Below, piece by piece: positions 17,390 through 24,000 of a DNA stretch of 24,000 nucleotides (position 1 is its first letter; every line of letters begins with the position of its first letter). The stretch spans positions 134,213-158,212 of the forward strand of contig QHYZ01000047.1 in the NCBI GenBank assembly GCA_003225295.1, read 5' to 3'. Both the position numbers and the translations under genes were made by a program. The stretch comes from Acidobacteriota bacterium. GTDB taxonomy: Bacteria > Acidobacteriota > Terriglobia > Acidiferrales > UBA7541. Under the pieces are notes generated by a model, which had not been told where the DNA came from, ran no database searches, and saw nothing but the letters and a program-made list of their open reading frames with translations.

Positions 17390-18322
17390 TCATCGCCTGG
17401 TGGAAACGCACTGCGCAAAGTGCGGCGCGACGATGACCTGTCGGCCGGAAGGTGGCTGTTGGTGCGCGGAATTGCCGCACCTCCCGGTGCCGGCCGATGA
17501 GGAGGGATGCCTGTGCCGGAACTGTCTCTGTGCCAAGATGGAGGCATCGCTCGAGTCCGACCATGGAAAAGAAGCGTGAGCCTTCAATCGATCTGAACCG
17601 CCGGGCCGCCGGAAGTGCCAGCCACTTCGTCCACGAATGCGCGGATCGATTTCAACTTCGCCAAGGACCGGCACACCATAGGCCAGCGCCGTTTTCGAGC
17701 CTTCGCCGTGGCCAAAAATATCCAATGACTTGCCGCAGTGTGGGCAGGAGAACGTGCTCATATTCTCGACCACGCCGAGCACTTCCACGTTTACCTGGCG
17801 GAACATTTCGATGGCCTTGCGCACATCGGCGAGCGCCACCGTCGATGGAGTGGTGACCAGCACAGCGCCGGTAACGGCAACCGTCTGGATCAGTGTCAAC
17901 TGCACGTCACCGGTGCCCGGCGGAAGATCAATGATCAGATAATCCAGCTCACCCCATTCCACGCTGCGCAGGAATTGTGTAATCACGCTGTGCAACATCG
18001 GCCCGCGCCAGATCATGGGCTTATCACCGGGGTTCAGCAGGCCCATGGAAATCATCTTCAGCCCCTGCGATTGGACAGGAATGATGCGCTTATCCTGCGT
18101 GGCTTCCGGCTGCTGCGTCGCGCCCAGCATGATCGGTACGTTGGGCCCGTAAACGTCCGCGTCGAGCAAGCCGACGCGGTGGCCCAGCTTCGCCAAGGCC
18201 AGTGCCAGATTCACGGCGACGGTGGTCTTGCCGACGCCGCCTTTGCCGCTGGCAACCGCAACGAGATTCTTCACGCCGGGGATCGGCTGACGTTCCGGTG
18301 TTGGTTGCGGTGCTGGAGGCAT
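17390..18322 (-). CDS. mrp: Mrp/ApbC/NBP35-type Fe-S cluster carrier ATPase; 3' end doubtful
   Basis: Deviant Walker A VASGKGGVGKTTVAVNLA, DADVYGPNVP, DYLIIDLPPGTGD, and the CPHCG motif. Family-like sequence holds through LGEVEIDPRIR (to about 17630). The last 79 codons or so (RSGWHFRRPGGSDRLKAHASFPW...) look like noise and lie antisense to the CWC ORF. An alternative frame stops at 17584-17586. Confidence 0.75.
   Translation of the reverse strand: MPPAPQPTPERQPIPGVKNLVAVASGKGGVGKTTVAVNLALALAKLGHRVGLLDADVYGPNVPIMLGATQQPEATQDKRIIPVQSQGLKMISMGLLNPGDKPMIWRGPMLHSVITQFLRSVEWGELDYLIIDLPPGTGDVQLTLIQTVAVTGAVLVTTPSTVALADVRKAIEMFRQVNVEVLGVVENMSTFSCPHCGKSLDIFGHGEGSKTALAYGVPVLGEVEIDPRIRGRSGWHFRRPGGSDRLKAHASFPWSDSSDASILAQRQFRHRHPSSSAGTGRCGNSAHQQPPSGRQVIVAPHFAQCVSTRR
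17400..17579 (+). CDS. Small cysteine-rich CWC-family protein; not in the ORF track
   Basis: My own translation: VETHCAKCGATMTCRPEGGCWCAELPHLPVPADEEGCLCRNCLCAKMEASLESDHGKEA*. The pattern C-x2-C-x5-C-x5-CWC ... CLC-x2-CLC matches the Cys_rich_CWC family as I remember it. GTG is the only canonical start after the in-frame stop at 17340, and there is no clear Shine-Dalgarno sequence. Confidence 0.6.
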   Translation: METHCAKCGATMTCRPEGGCWCAELPHLPVPADEEGCLCRNCLCAKMEASLESDHGKEA

Positions 18323-18345
18323 GTGGTTCTCTTTTCTCGGATGCG

Positions 18346-21324
<2,979 letters not shown>

Positions 21325-21493
21325 GAAGGGTGTTGCCGTCTCCTGACGGTTCTCCGCGTGCTCGCTTCGACTGGGCAGTACGATCTCGTCGCTGCAACAT
21401 CTTATTCTAACTGGTTGGGTGCGCCAGCGCCAAGAACCACGGCGTAAGCTCTGGCGGGGCAAGAGAATCACTATCGGCGCGGGTGAATGAGGG

Positions 21494-24000
21494 TTACTTG
21501 GAAGCTGCTACGCCAACGGGTTCGGGAGTGACGTCGCTTTCGACGACCGCGGGCCCGGTAGGTTGCAGGCTACCCGCGAGGAGCCGCCGGTACTTGCTGC
21601 GTTCCTCCAGGTTCATGTCCACGATCTCGAAGGCCATGTCCTGGGCGCGGTAATCGCGCATGAGCGCGGTGGCCTGCAGGTTACGCATGCCGACCTGCAG
21701 CTTCAATTGCACTTGCGTTCCAGGGGGGAGGTGCCGGCTGATGGTGGCCACGCCACCGCTCAGGCTCGCGGTCTTGATCTCCAGGGAGCAATTCTCCGTC
21801 AGGTTGATGCTCACGGCCCTGACCGGCTTCTGCAGTCGCACGCGCGTGTGCCGGCGCTGCCGCACAAATCTTGACGAGGGGGGAATCTCCAGCGGTGCGA
21901 GCGTGAAATCTTCCTTGTCAATTCCGCTCTTGGGCAGATAATTCTGAACCCAGTCCGGATCGAGTTTGTCGAGCGCCTGCAGCGCGGCAATGCGCAGCTC
22001 CAGCGGTTGTACCCAACCAAACACTTTCTTCGCTTCGACGATGCGCTTTAGAGTGCTGGCCGATTCTTGCGCTTGAACTCTTCCCAGTGCTTCGATGGCT
22101 TTCACGCGCAGAAACGACCCGCCACCGGAGGGCAAGTCACCGTCGGCGATAGTCAGCAATTTGCCGAGCGCCTCGCGGTCCGCAGTAACCCCGATCTCAT
22201 CGATCACCAGCGGCGTCACCAGCGGGTCCACGTGATCGAGCAACTCCAGCAAGATGTGGCACCTGCGGGCCGCTCCACTGGCGGAAATCTGCCGCACGAT
22301 GCGGTCTTGCGAGGTCCGGGGAAAATCTTTCATCCGGCCGGGCAGAAATACCATGACCGACTCCGGATCGAGCCGGCTCAGCAGCCCGGCCATCTCCACG
22401 GCTTCGGCGATCGGCCCGCCGCGCACCGTACTCCGGAGATACTGAACAGCCTCTTCGCCCATATCGGCCGCCAAATTGGCCACATGCTCGGAATCATCGC
22501 GCAAACTACAACGATTGAAACGCGCCGAGAGCTGCTCCATGGTCGTCTGCGGGAGCAGTCTAAGAACATCGGTCAGCCCCGCGGCCACCTGGCGGGCCTT
22601 CAGGGCTTCCTCGACAAACTCCGGCACGCGTTCTTCGATTCCCATTTTTCCGCGCAGGCTGCGCGCGATTCCCGGCCGCTGTGACTCGACGCCGGCAAGG
22701 AGATCGAGTGCCTGTTCCATCGCCGGAAAATAACGGCTAGTGGCCGCCTCCTGGCTCAGCCGTACGAAGGCCGCGCTCACCAAACCCTGGAGTTCCGAGT
22801 CTTGCTCCACACTGAGCCGCAAGCCCACGTGCCGCAGCGCTTCGCTGAGCAGCTTCGGATCGGCCTTGGCATACAGCTCAGCCATCTCGGATAGTCCGAC
22901 CGCGGTTTTCTTCCGCGCATCGGCATCTTCGCTGTCCGCGCAAGCCGCATAATTCTGAAGAATACTGATGGCCTCGGCGATGTTGCCGTGCTCGATCAGT
23001 TCGCCAACATAGGACTGCACGTTGCGCGGTGGAATGCACCAGGCATCTCCGGATAGCAGCACGGCGCGTTTACCACTCTCCGGCACGGCAGCCCAAAACT
23101 GTTTGTCAAGAATTTCACGATGCGACTCCGCCAGGATGCCAGCTTCGCTCATCTTGTCTTCATGGGAGCCGAGAATCTTTCGTAGATTCTCGATTTCCTG
23201 GTTCATGCGGTCGAGCATCTGGCGAACGGCGTTGACTTTCACTTCGCCGCGTTCAAACCGCTCCAGCGCAAAGCGGATCGCCAAGTGTTCGGCCAGCTTT
23301 ACGATCACCGACTCGTCCGGCTTGTTGTTAGGCGCTTGCGCCGCCAGGCTCGCAAGTGCTTGCTTCAGCGTGTCTTGCGCGCGGCCCGGCAATTGCGACA
23401 TCTGCTCCTGAAACACGCCCGCCGCAGCCACGCCACCCTGCCCCGTTCCGACGGTCCCAAAACTAGTCAGCGCGCTGAGAATTCCGTAGATTTCTTCTTC
23501 GCTCGGCTCGCCGTGCCCGCCACTGGCGCTTCCCTTTCCCGCACCGAACCCGGCACCCGCCACTCCCACAGAGCCAACTGCGGCGCTGCACTCTATTTCG
23601 GAAACGAAACCCACACCGCTACCGCCCGCGGTCCATAAACCTGTACCCCGCCCAGTCCCGGTGCTTGTCCCACCGCCAGCAGTCCCTGCTCCATAACCGG
23701 AACCGCCGCCGGCGGGTCCAGCGGCAGCGGAATCTCCCGTTCCCGGTGCTTCTCCAGCTGGTATTGGTCCGCCCGGGCCCGGTCCAGAAACTCCGCCGCT
23801 TTTCGAACCCTGGGCCGCGGCAATCAATTCGAGCAGCTTCTGGGGGTCGTTCAACCACTGTCTGAATTGCTCTTGGTCGCCGCCAAGCGACGCGGCAGCA
23901 ATCTGAGCAGCTATGCTCACGTCTTTCAGCCGCGCATCGGTAGCCACGAAGCAAATCTCGTTGATGCGGATGCCCTGGGCGTCGGCGAGAGCGGCTTTCA
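21494..24000 (-). CDS. Large Gly-rich/HEAT-like repeat protein with a C-terminal PilZ-like domain (5' partial)
   Basis: The frame stays open upstream of the listed GTG (23947) to the window end, so the N-terminus is probably outside the window. The C-terminus (about 21578-21877) has RQRRHTR (RxxxR), then TASLSGG about 27 residues later as a divergent D/NxSxxG, in a beta-rich context. The middle region has HEAT-like repeats ([12 protein letters not shown]..., [13 protein letters not shown]). Confidence 0.7.
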   Translation of the reverse strand, partial: KAALADAQGIRINEICFVATDARLKDVSIAAQIAAASLGGDQEQFRQWLNDPQKLLELIAAAQGSKSGGVSGPGPGGPIPAGEAPGTGDSAAAGPAGGGSGYGAGTAGGGTSTGTGRGTGLWTAGGSGVGFVSEIECSAAVGSVGVAGAGFGAGKGSASGGHGEPSEEEIYGILSALTSFGTVGTGQGGVAAAGVFQEQMSQLPGRAQDTLKQALASLAAQAPNNKPDESVIVKLAEHLAIRFALERFERGEVKVNAVRQMLDRMNQEIENLRKILGSHEDKMSEAGILAESHREILDKQFWAAVPESGKRAVLLSGDAWCIPPRNVQSYVGELIEHGNIAEAISILQNYAACADSEDADARKKTAVGLSEMAELYAKADPKLLSEALRHVGLRLSVEQDSELQGLVSAAFVRLSQEAATSRYFPAMEQALDLLAGVESQRPGIARSLRGKMGIEERVPEFVEEALKARQVAAGLTDVLRLLPQTTMEQLSARFNRCSLRDDSEHVANLAADMGEEAVQYLRSTVRGGPIAEAVEMAGLLSRLDPESVMVFLPGRMKDFPRTSQDRIVRQISASGAARRCHILLELLDHVDPLVTPLVIDEIGVTADREALGKLLTIADGDLPSGGGSFLRVKAIEALGRVQAQESASTLKRIVEAKKVFGWVQPLELRIAALQALDKLDPDWVQNYLPKSGIDKEDFTLAPLEIPPSSRFVRQRRHTRVRLQKPVRAVSINLTENCSLEIKTASLSGGVATISRHLPPGTQVQLKLQVGMRNLQATALMRDYRAQDMAFEIVDMNLEERSKYRRLLAGSLQPTGPAVVESDVTPEPVGVAASK

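Noticed and set aside
17314-17564. Minus-strand ORFs 17322..17564 and 17314..17547, and plus-strand ORFs 17164..17436, 17294..17500 and 17452..17856, around the mrp 3' end.
   Set aside because: They are alternative-frame or antisense readings of the CWC ORF and the palindromic repeat. None carries a motif, although one minus frame may hold the displaced mrp C-terminus (see the mrp frameshift finding).

Overview
High-GC bacterial chromosomal segment; the gene content and repeat types look Acidobacteria-like, which is an inference. Almost every real gene is on the minus strand and is housekeeping. In coordinate order these are rho (+), two MacB/FtsX-type permeases, a DUF885 protein, cmk, fabI, mutL, aspS, hisS, a gamma-carbonic-anhydrase-like hexapeptide protein, an Mrp/ApbC-type ATPase, secA, and a large PilZ-ending protein cut by the window edge. 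Many long ORFs in the track are antisense shadows of these genes. The one non-housekeeping stretch lies between rho and the permeases (about 1.34-4.9 kb). It holds a bacterial Ro60 orthologue (TROVE + vWA, rsr-like) and, directly upstream on the same strand, an unrecognisable 315-aa ORF. Upstream of that is about 0.9 kb of hairpin-dense non-coding DNA carrying two circularly permuted tRNA-like modules (order T-arm -> capped acceptor-like stem -> U8/A9 -> D-arm). This is the architecture of YrlA-class bacterial Y RNAs, the RNA partners of Ro/Rsr. No RtcB, RtcA or RtcR genes and no sigma54 promoter accompany it, so this looks like a variant Ro-Y RNA module with an unknown protein partner, and it is my best candidate for an undescribed system. 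Secondary observations are an unlisted 59-codon Cys-rich CWC ORF convergent with mrp, a suspicious mrp 3' tail running antisense through that ORF, a roughly 95-residue insertion in HisRS, and two REP-like palindromic elements. All identifications come from reading motifs by eye. No database search, covariance model or folding program was run.
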